Made by a program: the position numbers and the translations under genes | Notes under the pieces: generated by a model | The model's input: only the letters and a program-made list of their open reading frames with translations | What the model was told of the DNA's origin: nothing | Database searches by the model: none | Shown: in pieces, positions 20,892 through 30,541 of the stretch | Position numbering within the stretch: the stretch's first letter is position 1 | Layout: every line of letters starts with the position of its first letter | Origin: a virus | Direction: 5' to 3' (one strand) | DNA: 64,000 bases | Virus record (IMG/VR): IMGVR_UViG_3300033571_011534 | Location: 1-64,000 of that record

Positions 20892-20930
20892 AATCCCATA
20901 TTTAGGTGTTTGCCATTAAATATGGGATCT
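20892..20930 (-). terminator. Hairpin terminator after tail-fibre gene
   Basis: ATCCCATATTTA...TAAATATGGGAT inverted repeat followed by T-run on minus strand. Confidence 0.6.
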
Positions 20931-20939
20931 TAATTGTTT

Positions 20940-23336
20940 TTAGGCCTTTAGGTCTCCATAAACAATCCAGCTGTTCTCTGAACGCTTTAGAATTGTTGCA
21001 GATGACCACTGAGTTCTAAGCTTTAGACCTGGTGTTGAGTTTACGGTAACACCAGCAGCACCAGCAATCGTAACCTCACCAGTACCAGTTCCAAGGATGT
21101 CCATGGATGCTCCGACTGGCCATGCCAGGGTAGCGTTTGCTGGAATTGTAAAGGTAGTTGCTGAAGATGAGCTCATCTCTACAATACCGTCTCTTAGGTC
21201 TAGGTCGTCTAGTGTATAGCTTGAAGTTTTTACTACAAACTCAGTAAGTGATGGAACACCAACTTTAGTCTGGGTACCGTCGGTAAATACGACTCCAGCA
21301 GCAGTTAGGTTGTTTACCTGTAGGTCATCAAGAGATCCCTGTCCAAAATCAACAGTTGTTGCAGGCTCAGTGGTTACACCCTTGAATAGCTTCCAGCGGT
21401 CGTCAGATACGTCACGAACGATACCAGCATGCTTTAATGCTCCGTCGTTGTATCCTACTACAAGACCAAGGTCTACGGTGTTTGCAGCATTTTCGTGTGC
21501 AAGCTGAAGCATGTTGTCTTCAATTGTGATGCTTGTTGCACTTGCTAAAAACTCTGTACCATTTACAGTCAAGTCACCGTCAACAACTAGATTTCCTTCT
21601 ACTTCTACGTTTCCAGTAAAGGTTGCACCAGAAAGGTTTGCCTTTGCGTCTAAAGCTGTTTGAGTTGCAGTAGAAACTGGCTTGTCAGCATCAGAGGTGT
21701 TGTCTACATCTCCAAGACCAACGTGTGCCTTTGTTACACCCGCAACAGTTCCAGTAAATGTTGGATTAGCTGTAGGAGCCTTAGAGTCTAACTGATCCTG
21801 AACGTTTGAAGATACAGTAGAGATGTGGCCAAGCTCAGTTGCAGACACGTTTCCAATCGAAGTAGTGCTTGGAAGAGTTACTGTTCCAGAAAGCGTTGGG
21901 TTATTAAGTGGTGCATAAGTTGCAGACGCCACTGAAGAGTCTAGCTTGTCATCAATCTGGTTCTGGATTGAAGATGTTACACCATTAAGGTGACCAATCT
22001 CGGAAGAAGAGACGTCCCCAATTGAAGTGGTAGATGGCAAGACAACAGTTCCAGTAAAGTTTGGTGATTCTGATGGAGCCTTCTCTGCAAGATCAGAAAC
22101 GACAGTATTTAGAGTGGTCTGCTGATCTGCAAAGTCATTGTCAAGTCCCAAAATGTTAGCATTCGCTGCTATCAGTCCGTCAGACAAAGCACTTACTGCG
22201 TCATTGATAGTTAAAATATCTGTAGCAGCCTGGTTTGCAGTTGTGGTTACTGTAGCTAGGTCGTTTGCAACTGAAGTAACAGTATCAGAAATAGCATCAT
22301 CAGCTGCAGTAAGGGTGTCAGAAAGTGTTAAAATTTCAGAATCAACATAGCCCTTGCTAGCAACAACATCTAGGTCTGCAGAAAAAGTATTTCCATTAAG
22401 AGTAATTCCTAGTCCAGCAAGATAGGTTCCTGCACCAGAGAACTGAGTAAATTCAACAGGGTCTGTTCCGATAGTTCCTACGGTAGCTGTTTGAACCCAT
22501 CCAGTGTCTCCATTAACCGTTCCTCCAGATACGAAAACAAAGTCACCAGCATCAATTTCTGCAGGTGAGTTATAGTCTTGTGCTCTATTGGTTGAATAGT
22601 TTGTTCCGCCCATGGACTGAAGAGCATAAATACCATTTTGTGTTGGGTCTGTTTGATCCTTTACAAGAATTCTCATGCCGTCGAAGGTTGTGACACCGTC
22701 AATGCTTGGAAGATTAGATCCAGAAGAAATAAGAATGTTTTCAGTTGTTGCAGCCGCTACAGACTCGTGAATGTGCAGGTTGGAAGCTACGCCATCAACA
22801 TATGACTTAGTTGCAGCTTCTAGTGGCTGTGTTGGGTTTGCACTAAGAACAACAGAGCCAGTAAAGACTGCTCCATCTCCACGTGCGTAGTCTGCTAGCA
22901 TAGTGTCAGTATAGTCTTTGGACTCTGTTACTCCGTCCTCAACACTTTGCTGAATATTTGTAAAGAAGTTAGGGTCATCGCCAATAGCATCTGCTAGCTC
23001 TGAAAGAGTGTCAAGAGCTTCTGGTGCCAGGCCAACTACGTTTTCGATTGCCTGGTCTACATAGCCAAGCTGCGAGGCTGGAATCTGACCACTTGAGTTA
23101 AGAGTTGCAACACCATTAGCTGCGCCTCTCTGGGTAAGAGGAACATAGTCATCAATAGATCCGCCAAGCGTCGTTGCATTTTGGAAGTAGTCTAGCTGGC
23201 TCCAAGTGCTTTCTCCATCACCAATCTTAAAAGAGTTGGTGTCAACCTCGAAACCAATTTCTCCAGGTCCTAGCACTGGGTTTGCTGTGGTCCACTGTTC
23301 TGCGGTACCACGACGCTGCTGCATTCTAATAGCCAT
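20940..23336 (-). CDS. Long tail fibre-like protein (Mtd_N-type N-terminus)
   Basis: MQQRRGTAEQW..NPVLGPGEIGFEVDT..KIGDG; ALDTLSELADAI; ILVKDQT..QNGIY; VGLGDVDNTSDADKPVS. Confidence 0.8.
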   Translation of the reverse strand: MAIRMQQRRGTAEQWTTANPVLGPGEIGFEVDTNSFKIGDGESTWSQLDYFQNATTLGGSIDDYVPLTQRGAANGVATLNSSGQIPASQLGYVDQAIENVVGLAPEALDTLSELADAIGDDPNFFTNIQQSVEDGVTESKDYTDTMLADYARGDGAVFTGSVVLSANPTQPLEAATKSYVDGVASNLHIHESVAAATTENILISSGSNLPSIDGVTTFDGMRILVKDQTDPTQNGIYALQSMGGTNYSTNRAQDYNSPAEIDAGDFVFVSGGTVNGDTGWVQTATVGTIGTDPVEFTQFSGAGTYLAGLGITLNGNTFSADLDVVASKGYVDSEILTLSDTLTAADDAISDTVTSVANDLATVTTTANQAATDILTINDAVSALSDGLIAANANILGLDNDFADQQTTLNTVVSDLAEKAPSESPNFTGTVVLPSTTSIGDVSSSEIGHLNGVTSSIQNQIDDKLDSSVASATYAPLNNPTLSGTVTLPSTTSIGNVSATELGHISTVSSNVQDQLDSKAPTANPTFTGTVAGVTKAHVGLGDVDNTSDADKPVSTATQTALDAKANLSGATFTGNVEVEGNLVVDGDLTVNGTEFLASATSITIEDNMLQLAHENAANTVDLGLVVGYNDGALKHAGIVRDVSDDRWKLFKGVTTEPATTVDFGQGSLDDLQVNNLTAAGVVFTDGTQTKVGVPSLTEFVVKTSSYTLDDLDLRDGIVEMSSSSATTFTIPANATLAWPVGASMDILGTGTGEVTIAGAAGVTVNSTPGLKLRTQWSSATILKRSENSWIVYGDLKA

Positions 23337-23402
23337 GTAAAAACTCCTCGTTAAAGCTTATATTAAATTATATATACAATTTTAAATAAAGATTTGATTT
23401 CT

Positions 23403-23858
23403 TTAGTTAAAATTATCTATTGCAATTCCACCATTGTAGATGTCTGCCCAATCAATTGTTCCTGGGCCACCGCCATCTGCAGCAGTTCCCTGAGGCTGAT
23501 TAAAGCTTCCAGCATCAACAAACCTGGTCACGATAAGTCCATTTCCATCGATAGATGTATCGTGAATGTGGTCTGGAATATTTAGCGTGTCATCGATTGT
23601 TGCGATTGTTCGCCAAAGTCCTTCGTAGTATACGTTAATTCTTTCTACAATGGTGTCGAACCAAAGCATTCCGTTTAGTGGGTCTTCTGGAGGGGTTGAT
23701 CCAGAAGGCATAAGTCCAGAAACAGAGTCAACGTATTCTTTTGTTGCTAAATGTGTAGGAAGAGTAGGGTTAGCCGCAGCAACATTTCCTCCAAATAAAC
23801 CGTCGCCAGCTACCTGTATTCCATGCTTGACTTTAAAGTCTTTATTAACTGCAGTCAT
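23403..23858 (-). CDS. Tail fibre-associated structural protein
   Basis: KDFKVKHG N-terminus shared with 23885-26176; ATKEYVD. Confidence 0.6.
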   Translation of the reverse strand: MTAVNKDFKVKHGIQVAGDGLFGGNVAAANPTLPTHLATKEYVDSVSGLMPSGSTPPEDPLNGMLWFDTIVERINVYYEGLWRTIATIDDTLNIPDHIHDTSIDGNGLIVTRFVDAGSFNQPQGTAADGGGPGTIDWADIYNGGIAIDNFN

Positions 23859-23884
23859 CCCTACTCTCCCTATTTATTAAATTA

Positions 23885-26176
23885 CTATGAAAGTAATGTT
23901 CCCATTACCTTGATTGTTGAATTGTTGTTGGTTGGGGTAACAAGAAGTCTTACGTTACCGCCAGTTACGTCTGCAGTAATACCTGATGCAGAACCGTTTG
24001 TTCCTACAACAGCGTACTCTGTAATCGCAATGTTGTCTGAAGAGTCAAGGGTCAAAAGAACCTCTGATACCTCAGTGTGAGATCCGTGAGCAACCTTAAC
24101 CAAGAACTTTGCAGATCGGTAATCTGCAGTAGCAAAGCTGTATGCTACAACGTTCTGGGAAGCGTCTCCAGAAGATGCTGCTGCAACCTGAGTTGCAACC
24201 TCATTAATGTCGATCTCTGTAAAGTTAGGAACAACAGCCTCTAGAGCAGATACTGCACGAGCATCCGTAAAGTAGAGGTTTGTAGAACCTTCAGCAAGAT
24301 CATCAGTATCAGAGTCTGCAACACCGTTTTCAGCAGTAATGGTTAGACCATTCTCATCTCCAGTAATCTGAATGTTGGTTTTTGTTGCTCCAACAAGAAG
24401 GTCTGCTGCATCTGCCTTTGCACGTGATGTAGTGTAGTAAAGGTTGGTTGTGCCTTCCTCAATGTCATCAGTGTCAAGTGCGTTAATAGCATCGCCAATA
24501 GTTCCGCCTACTGCATCAATTGCTCTCTGGTTTGTGAAGTATAGGTTATTGCTTCCCTCTTCAATGTCGTCAGAGTTTAGAGCAGAGATTTCTGTGTCTG
24601 TGTAAAGCTTTGCATCAGCTTCTGCCAAATCAGCGTAGTTCTGGTAAGCAGTAGTGATTGCAGCTTCACGAGCATCTGTGTGGTCCTTGGCATTGTTTTC
24701 TGCTGTGTTTGCATAACCCTGAGCAGCAGTGTCTAGATCTGAGATTTCGGCGTCTACATAAGACTTAGTAGCAGTGTAGTCCTCGTCAATAGAAAATGAG
24801 TTTCCATTCAGATTTAGACCAGTGCCTGCAACGTACTCTCCAGCACCAGAGAACTGATCAAAATTAATTGAGCTTGTTCCCAAAGTTGTTACAACGTTTG
24901 TCTGAACCCATCCAGTACTTGCGTAGGTGTTACCTCCAGTTACGAAGGTAAAGTCACCACCCTGGATTTCGGCAGCAGAGTTGTAGTCATCTGCACGTAC
25001 CCAAGCACCAGGCTTTGCTAGATAGATACCATTCTCAGTGGTATTTGACTGATTCTTAACAAGGACACGCTCATCTTCGTTAAGACCTACGCCATCAATT
25101 GTTAGCAAGCCACCTGTTGCAAGATCTACGTTTGCAGCTGTTGCTGCAACTACAGATGCGTGAACATGTAGTCCCTCTGCAACTGCGTCTACGTACTGCT
25201 TTGTAGCTGCACCAAGTGCCTGAGTTGGGTCTCCAGGAAGAATAACATCACCAGTAAAGGTTGCTCCAGCTAGTGGTGCATACAGAAGTGCTGCTGCACT
25301 AGCTGCTGCATTGATAGCATCAGCCTCAGCTTCATCTGCATACTCCCTTAGAGAAGTGTCTAGTGTGTCAATCTCGTCATTGGTGTATGCGTTTGCGGAA
25401 CCAAGAGTTGCGGTGTCTGCGTCATCTACATAGTTCTTAGTTGTAGCATCTGTACCAGCAGTAGGTGTTCCAAGATCTTCAATCTTGTTACCGTTCATGT
25501 CTAGGTTTACAGATAGGTTAGTTCCCGCACCAAGAGTCTTGTTGGTAAGAGCCTGGGTATTGTCAGTTCCTACAACGAATCCAGATACTCCGTGTACGCC
25601 TGTGTCTAGGTCTGAGTGGTTGGTTACTGCTGTTGCAATTCTGTCTGATACTGTGTTTCCAGCGGTACCGTCAACAGTATTGTCACCGATTAGGTTATCA
25701 ACTGTTCCCTTGACAACTACTTTGTTATCTGGTGCCTCGCCATTTATAAATACATTTCCATCAGGTACATCAAATTCTACCATTCCACTAGCACTAATGC
25801 CGATAAAATCATTTGCATCTAAACGAATATCATCTGATGCATTTAGTCTAAAGTCATTAGTGTTAATCTCAACATCGGTGTTGTCAATATTGGCAATAAC
25901 AAGATCGCCATCCTCATCCTCATAGATACGAGCGATGTCCGTAACACTAAGCTCATTTACTGTGATATCTCCTGCAGCAAAGTTACCGCTTGCATCACGC
26001 TTTACAACCTTGTTTGGCACATTTGCTGACTCTGCTCCGCCACCAGCTAGGTTGATAATGTACTGCTCATCTGCAGCATTTTCTTTCTTAAGGACATCGT
26101 ATCCGCCTACGGTAGCATTTGCACCCTCAACGACAAGTCCTGATTTAATCTTAAAGTCTTTTACGACTGTTGCCAT
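23885..26176 (-). CDS. Long tail fibre-like protein
   Basis: ATKQYVD, VLVKNQ..ENGIY, three DDIEEG..NLYFT..RA repeats. Confidence 0.78.
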   Translation of the reverse strand: MATVVKDFKIKSGLVVEGANATVGGYDVLKKENAADEQYIINLAGGGAESANVPNKVVKRDASGNFAAGDITVNELSVTDIARIYEDEDGDLVIANIDNTDVEINTNDFRLNASDDIRLDANDFIGISASGMVEFDVPDGNVFINGEAPDNKVVVKGTVDNLIGDNTVDGTAGNTVSDRIATAVTNHSDLDTGVHGVSGFVVGTDNTQALTNKTLGAGTNLSVNLDMNGNKIEDLGTPTAGTDATTKNYVDDADTATLGSANAYTNDEIDTLDTSLREYADEAEADAINAAASAAALLYAPLAGATFTGDVILPGDPTQALGAATKQYVDAVAEGLHVHASVVAATAANVDLATGGLLTIDGVGLNEDERVLVKNQSNTTENGIYLAKPGAWVRADDYNSAAEIQGGDFTFVTGGNTYASTGWVQTNVVTTLGTSSINFDQFSGAGEYVAGTGLNLNGNSFSIDEDYTATKSYVDAEISDLDTAAQGYANTAENNAKDHTDAREAAITTAYQNYADLAEADAKLYTDTEISALNSDDIEEGSNNLYFTNQRAIDAVGGTIGDAINALDTDDIEEGTTNLYYTTSRAKADAADLLVGATKTNIQITGDENGLTITAENGVADSDTDDLAEGSTNLYFTDARAVSALEAVVPNFTEIDINEVATQVAAASSGDASQNVVAYSFATADYRSAKFLVKVAHGSHTEVSEVLLTLDSSDNIAITEYAVVGTNGSASGITADVTGGNVRLLVTPTNNNSTIKVMGTLLS

Positions 26177-26194
26177 TTTTTATCTCCTTTTAAT

Positions 26195-26641
26195 TTATGC
26201 CTTTAGCCCCATGCGAGCGAATCGCACGGTGACTGGCTTAATAGCTGAATCTGGGGTAACAGTTATAGCAACTGTATCTCCAGCCCTAGAGACATTAACG
26301 GTGCCCATATTCCCATCGTTGTCTATTGTTCCGTATTCAGTGACAGAGACATTTTCCTCGTCAACCAATACGGTTAATTCTGTAGCATAGAAGAGGTTAT
26401 CCCCCTGAGTTGTTTTTGATATTGAAACAATGTACTTAACCATTCTCCACTGAGTTGCGTTAAAGCTATCAATGATTGTTGGATTTTCAATTCCAAAGAT
26501 TTCGTTTTCATTGTTTCCAAATGTTCCTAAATCAGTTGCCTGACTGGACATTGTGTCAATCAAGTCTTCATAGTCAGTCTGACTTGGTCTGTCTCCAGTT
26601 TCATATCTGGATTTAACATAGGGTATAGTTACTCTTGCCAT
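26195..26641 (-). CDS. Structural protein (shares C-terminal domain with 23885-26176)
   Basis: KYIVSI...TELTV....VTEYG similar to KFLVKV...SEVLL....ITEYA. Confidence 0.55.
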   Translation of the reverse strand: MARVTIPYVKSRYETGDRPSQTDYEDLIDTMSSQATDLGTFGNNENEIFGIENPTIIDSFNATQWRMVKYIVSISKTTQGDNLFYATELTVLVDEENVSVTEYGTIDNDGNMGTVNVSRAGDTVAITVTPDSAIKPVTVRFARMGLKA

Positions 26642-26671
26642 ATTTATTATTATAAATAGCTTTTTTAAAGA

Positions 26672-26896
26672 TTATAGAATATAGTTGCTATATCCAATAA
26701 TTTGTACGCCAATTCCAGGAACATTATTACTAGAAAAACCAGGAATCTGAATACTTGTAAATCTTACTCTAAATGGTAGCGTGTCTAGAATCTTTACTCT
26801 TCCAGACTTGTAAGTTATTTTTGATCGATGGCTACCGACTTCGTATATCTTTCTAACTTTTTCAGATTCAAGAATCTTTATAGTTGAAGTTGCCAC
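26672..26896 (-). CDS. Hypothetical virion-module protein
   Basis: ORF track, co-oriented, abuts upstream gene. Confidence 0.55.
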   Translation of the reverse strand: MATSTIKILESEKVRKIYEVGSHRSKITYKSGRVKILDTLPFRVRFTSIQIPGFSSNNVPGIGVQIIGYSNYIL

Positions 26897-27306
26897 TAGT
26901 CAGTTACGTCCTCTAGAACAATGACACTACCCTGGGCCACTGTCCAAACCTTTGCATTTTGCGGTAAAGAAAGCTGGATGTCAAAAATATCTCCAGTCTC
27001 TAGAATCAGAGACTCGTCAGCAGTAATCGATACCGTAAACTCTCCTGGTCCGTCCTCTGGCGTTACGCTAGGGGTAACAGATAAAATAAGACTTGCATCA
27101 TCAGAAATAGTCCCTAAAGATAGTGCTACGTTAGGTCTTTTAATTTTCATGCTAATTGACCAGTCTTCTATTACAAGTGGTTGCTTAGCATCGTCAACTG
27201 CAAAAACTCTAAATGCGGCAGTATCTCCTCTTACAAATGTCCAGGATACGAATGGTGGCTTGTTGCCAACGTCTACAAATCTAGAAGAACCTCTTGATAC
27301 AGCCAT
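26896..27306 (-). CDS. Tail/baseplate adaptor-like protein
   Basis: WTFVRGDT..F...FDIQL motif, paralogous to 32223 and 33417 genes. Confidence 0.55.
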   Translation of the reverse strand: MAVSRGSSRFVDVGNKPPFVSWTFVRGDTAAFRVFAVDDAKQPLVIEDWSISMKIKRPNVALSLGTISDDASLILSVTPSVTPEDGPGEFTVSITADESLILETGDIFDIQLSLPQNAKVWTVAQGSVIVLEDVTD

Positions 27307-27334
27307 AAATAAATTATAACATATTTAAATAATC

Positions 27335-27364
27335 TTGACACTTTTACCCAAACGATGGTATAAT
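27335..27364 (+). promoter_or_regulatory. Housekeeping-sigma promoter for NlpC/SLT pair
   Basis: TTGACA-18 nt-TATAAT with TG extension. Confidence 0.75.
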
Positions 27365-27412
27365 TTTATAAGAGACCCTTAAACAAGGTCTTTTTCCTTT
27401 AGGAGGTGCAAT

Positions 27413-28033
27413 TTGAGAAATACAGTTGCAATAATGGGATCAGTATTAGTTTTGCTTGGATGCTCCTCGTCCACACATGCAAATGAACGCAGTAATTCGC
27501 TACCGCTTTCTTATAGCTCTAGCTATTCGACAGGGCCGATTGGCGATCTTCTTGGAGTAAGTGACGATATTACGATGCTAGAAAAATTAGCAGAAGATTA
27601 TCAAATAGCTTCACAAAAAGAATTTGAAAGAAAAAAGGCAGCAATACAAAACAGAATGGCGCTAGAGTCTAGAATGAAAGCCCTTTATTCTTATGTTGGA
27701 AAAACCCCATACGTTTTTGCTGGCTCTACCCCTAGAGGATGGGACTGCTCTGGACTAGTTCTGTGGTTTTACTCTGGACTAGGGGTAGACCTTGAGCATT
27801 CTGCAACGAAGCAGGCAATGTCTGGGAAAAAGGTAGAAATTCCAGCTTTTGGAGATCTTGTGGCATTTAAGCATTTTAGTGCCAAGAAGTATTTTCATAT
27901 TGGGATCTACATTGGTGACGGAAAAATTATCCACTCCAGAGAGCCTGGAACAGTGACCGCCATATCAGAAATTAACGACAAGTGGTTTGAAAGAAGCTAC
28001 GTTGAGTTTGTCAGAATTGTAGACACTCAGTGA
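27413..28033 (+). CDS. NlpC/P60 cell-wall peptidase with signal/lipoprotein-like N-terminus
   Basis: TPYVFAG..GWDCSGL...HIGIYIGDGKIIH; AGGAGGTG SD before TTG. Confidence 0.9.
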   Translation: MRNTVAIMGSVLVLLGCSSSTHANERSNSLPLSYSSSYSTGPIGDLLGVSDDITMLEKLAEDYQIASQKEFERKKAAIQNRMALESRMKALYSYVGKTPYVFAGSTPRGWDCSGLVLWFYSGLGVDLEHSATKQAMSGKKVEIPAFGDLVAFKHFSAKKYFHIGIYIGDGKIIHSREPGTVTAISEINDKWFERSYVEFVRIVDTQ

Positions 28034-28530
28034 AAATCGTTTTATCAATAACTTCTTTTTTAGCCCTGTCTGGATTAGCCATAGGGCTTGTTTCAAGCTT
28101 TTCAAAAAATGATACCCAATCGCTAAAAGTCTCAAATGCCGCCACTGTGTCATTTGAGCGGGGAAGCTACAAAATAGTAAAAGAAAAAGATACCTATAAA
28201 ACACAAATATCTGAAAAAAGACTTAGACAAATATTAAGTAAAGTAGGATTTAAAGAAGATGCATTAGATATGGCCGTAGCTATTGCATATTACGAATCAA
28301 CCTTTAGACCCATGGCATTAAATAGATCTAGCAACTGCTATGGACTATTCCAAATAAATATGACTGGCGACCTTGGAAAATCACGTAGGGAAAAATACGG
28401 ACTATCTAAAAATGAAGATCTATTTAATCCTGTAATCAATGCGTCTATTGCATATAAAATGTCAAATGGTGGAAAGAACTGGTCTGCCTGGACAACTAAG
28501 GATCTTGCAGAAGCAAAGGTTAACGGCTAA
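28030..28530 (+). CDS. Lysozyme-like/SLT lytic transglycosylase with N-terminal hydrophobic segment
   Basis: AIAYYES...YGLFQIN...NPVINA..A...WSAW. Confidence 0.85.
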   Translation: MKIVLSITSFLALSGLAIGLVSSFSKNDTQSLKVSNAATVSFERGSYKIVKEKDTYKTQISEKRLRQILSKVGFKEDALDMAVAIAYYESTFRPMALNRSSNCYGLFQINMTGDLGKSRREKYGLSKNEDLFNPVINASIAYKMSNGGKNWSAWTTKDLAEAKVNG

Positions 28531-28775
28531 ACTTCTTCCTTTGCCCATTTGTGTAATGGACATTCAGCGTGGGCAATAGTTGTCTTTGCCCTCATAAAGC
28601 ATCCACACTTCTTGCAAGTTTTAGTTGCCTGAATTAACTCTGGACACGCTTTACAAATATCATATCGTGCTTGTGCAATTTCTTTAGAGACATATTTAGT
28701 TGCTGGATTAATGAGATCCCATGGCCTGGTCTCTCCCAAATTCTCTTTCCATTGTTCCCAAGGAGTTTTAGTCAT
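28527..28775 (-). CDS. Small Cys-rich protein (DUF6171-like)
   Basis: RYDICKACP...CKKCGCFM.AK.....CP..KW; paralog 35204-35413. Confidence 0.65.
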   Translation of the reverse strand: MTKTPWEQWKENLGETRPWDLINPATKYVSKEIAQARYDICKACPELIQATKTCKKCGCFMRAKTTIAHAECPLHKWAKEEV

Positions 28776-29007
28776 CTAACTCGTACCCTGGCCCTTCTTG
28801 ATTGTGATATGGATCTGATGCTGGTCTATACAGCATTCCGTCAATGACCCTCCAGGCTGGCGAAATATCGTCAAAGCCAGTAACCTCTATAACCTGAGGC
28901 CCTGATCTAAGACCAGCGATGATTCCGTCAAACTGCGGATCATCTGGAAGCTTCATAATATGAAAAACTTCTCCATTTATAACAAATGCAAATACTTTTT
29001 CTGACAT
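28768..29007 (-). CDS. Hypothetical protein
   Basis: Start MSEKV 6 nt after TGTATAAT (leaderless). Confidence 0.65.
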   Translation of the reverse strand: MSEKVFAFVINGEVFHIMKLPDDPQFDGIIAGLRSGPQVIEVTGFDDISPAWRVIDGMLYRPASDPYHNQEGPGYELDD

Positions 29008-29021
29008 ATAGCCATTATACA

Positions 29022-29897
29022 CTAGACAGCGACTAGTCTGCCAGTTGTTGGCGTAGTACATCCTCTGGACTGTAGTCTAGAAGTACTATCGCAAGAAGAT
29101 GAAAATGTGGTAACAACCCTGTCCTGAACTCCACCAGAGCATCGGCTCCAGCTTCCTTCTACTGTCATAGAGCAGCATCTGCTATCAGATTGAGTGTATT
29201 TTGAGCAGTCCGATCTTGTACACGTTCTGGTTCCAGACTGAGTTCCTCCAGAACAACCTCCCCAACTATAAGAGCCACATCCAGAGCTGCAGCAAGATCT
29301 TGTTGTTTCCTCAAACCTAATACTGCAATCAGTTCTAGTACAAACTCTTTCTCCAATTTGAACACCACCAGAACATGGCCCCCATGTATAAGATCCACAG
29401 TTTGCGCTGCAGGTGGGAGCTGGAGGAACGTATCCGCAAGTTGTTGAGTTAGAAATGCTACTTGTTGAGCTTACAGATGAGCAAGACTGAGTTTGAACAG
29501 ACACAGACCCATCGCTATAGGAGTATGTTACCTGATTTTCCCTAAAGGTAGTTGTGGTTGTAAGAAGTGTAGTTCCACTACAAAAAGTGCTACTTGATGA
29601 TCCAACAGAGTAACATGGCCCCGAAATAACATCGACCAAAACGATTGCTGGCGGTACATAAGACGAATAAACAAAAGAAATCGGCAGCTCGTAATCAATT
29701 AACGTACCAGCGTTTACTGATTGTGAATTAATTCTGTCATTAAGAGATTGGTTCGTGGTACTAGACGAGCTTTCCGCATTAAACCTTAGTCCAGCAGACT
29801 GAATAGCCGCCCTGGCCTGCTCTCTAGTTAGTCCAGAAAGGTTCGGCATGGCAACCATTCCCTTGGATGATCCGAATCTAGATAAAGCCCCTAGCAT
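29022..29897 (-). CDS. PASTA-domain protein with Cys-rich thrombospondin-1-like repeats
   Basis: MPNLSGLTREQARAAIQSAGL...INSQSVNAGT (PASTA); three W..CSGG.Q...R..C-like repeats. Confidence 0.65.
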   Translation of the reverse strand: MLGALSRFGSSKGMVAMPNLSGLTREQARAAIQSAGLRFNAESSSSTTNQSLNDRINSQSVNAGTLIDYELPISFVYSSYVPPAIVLVDVISGPCYSVGSSSSTFCSGTTLLTTTTTFRENQVTYSYSDGSVSVQTQSCSSVSSTSSISNSTTCGYVPPAPTCSANCGSYTWGPCSGGVQIGERVCTRTDCSIRFEETTRSCCSSGCGSYSWGGCSGGTQSGTRTCTRSDCSKYTQSDSRCCSMTVEGSWSRCSGGVQDRVVTTFSSSCDSTSRLQSRGCTTPTTGRLVAV

Positions 29898-29905
29898 TTG
29901 TCCAC

Positions 29906-30541
29906 CTAGGCCGTTAGGTCTCCAACTAGATACCAGATATTTTCTGCTTTTTTAAGCAAAACAGCCTGGGCATATCTTGAAGATATCTTCCTATTACCAA
30001 ACTTACTCAAAAGTGTAATGCTTTGTGCGTTTGATGGTGCAAAGGTTGTTTGTCCAACTCCAGACTGAATAAATACGAACTGCGAACCTACTGGGATTGG
30101 GTCTTGCGAATTTGTTGGTATGGTAACTGTGTTATTTGTGGAAATGTTTATGTCGATAGTTCTTCCAGCATCTGCTGATGAAAGCGTAAAGTTTGAAGTT
30201 CTTTCTAATAGGCCTGCGTTGTCTCCATATACTCGCCAAGCTCCGTTTGAGTAATACTGAAGCTGGTTTAGTGATCCACCAGACGAATTGTTTCTTACAA
30301 ACGCAATAGCCCCATTTTGTGGAGTTGGGATTGAAGAGTCTCTTTGAGCTGGGTTTTCGAAATTATTAATACCAAGCCTGGAAATAAAAGTTGATAAAAC
30401 AGATATTGAATTTGAAAAATTATGGGTTCCGCTCCACTCAAAGTTTTGGGTTGTGTCAACTGATCCTGCAATTGGGAACCATGTGTCGGAGGCTTCATTA
30501 TAAATATAACCAAGCTTTCCTGTAGAACTAATGTTAGACAT
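29906..30541 (-). CDS. Tail fibre-associated protein
   Basis: C-terminal TIPTN...PVGSQF...Q.GVGQ...LLKKAENIWYLVGDL shared with 20940 fibre. Confidence 0.6.
   Translation of the reverse strand: MSNISSTGKLGYIYNEASDTWFPIAGSVDTTQNFEWSGTHNFSNSISVLSTFISRLGINNFENPAQRDSSIPTPQNGAIAFVRNNSSGGSLNQLQYYSNGAWRVYGDNAGLLERTSNFTLSSADAGRTIDINISTNNTVTIPTNSQDPIPVGSQFVFIQSGVGQTTFAPSNAQSITLLSKFGNRKISSRYAQAVLLKKAENIWYLVGDLTA

Noticed and set aside
9000-23336. Diversity-generating retroelement suggested by Mtd_N-type domains
   Set aside because: No reverse transcriptase or TR/VR pair seen in the window; Mtd_N is a common fibre attachment domain.
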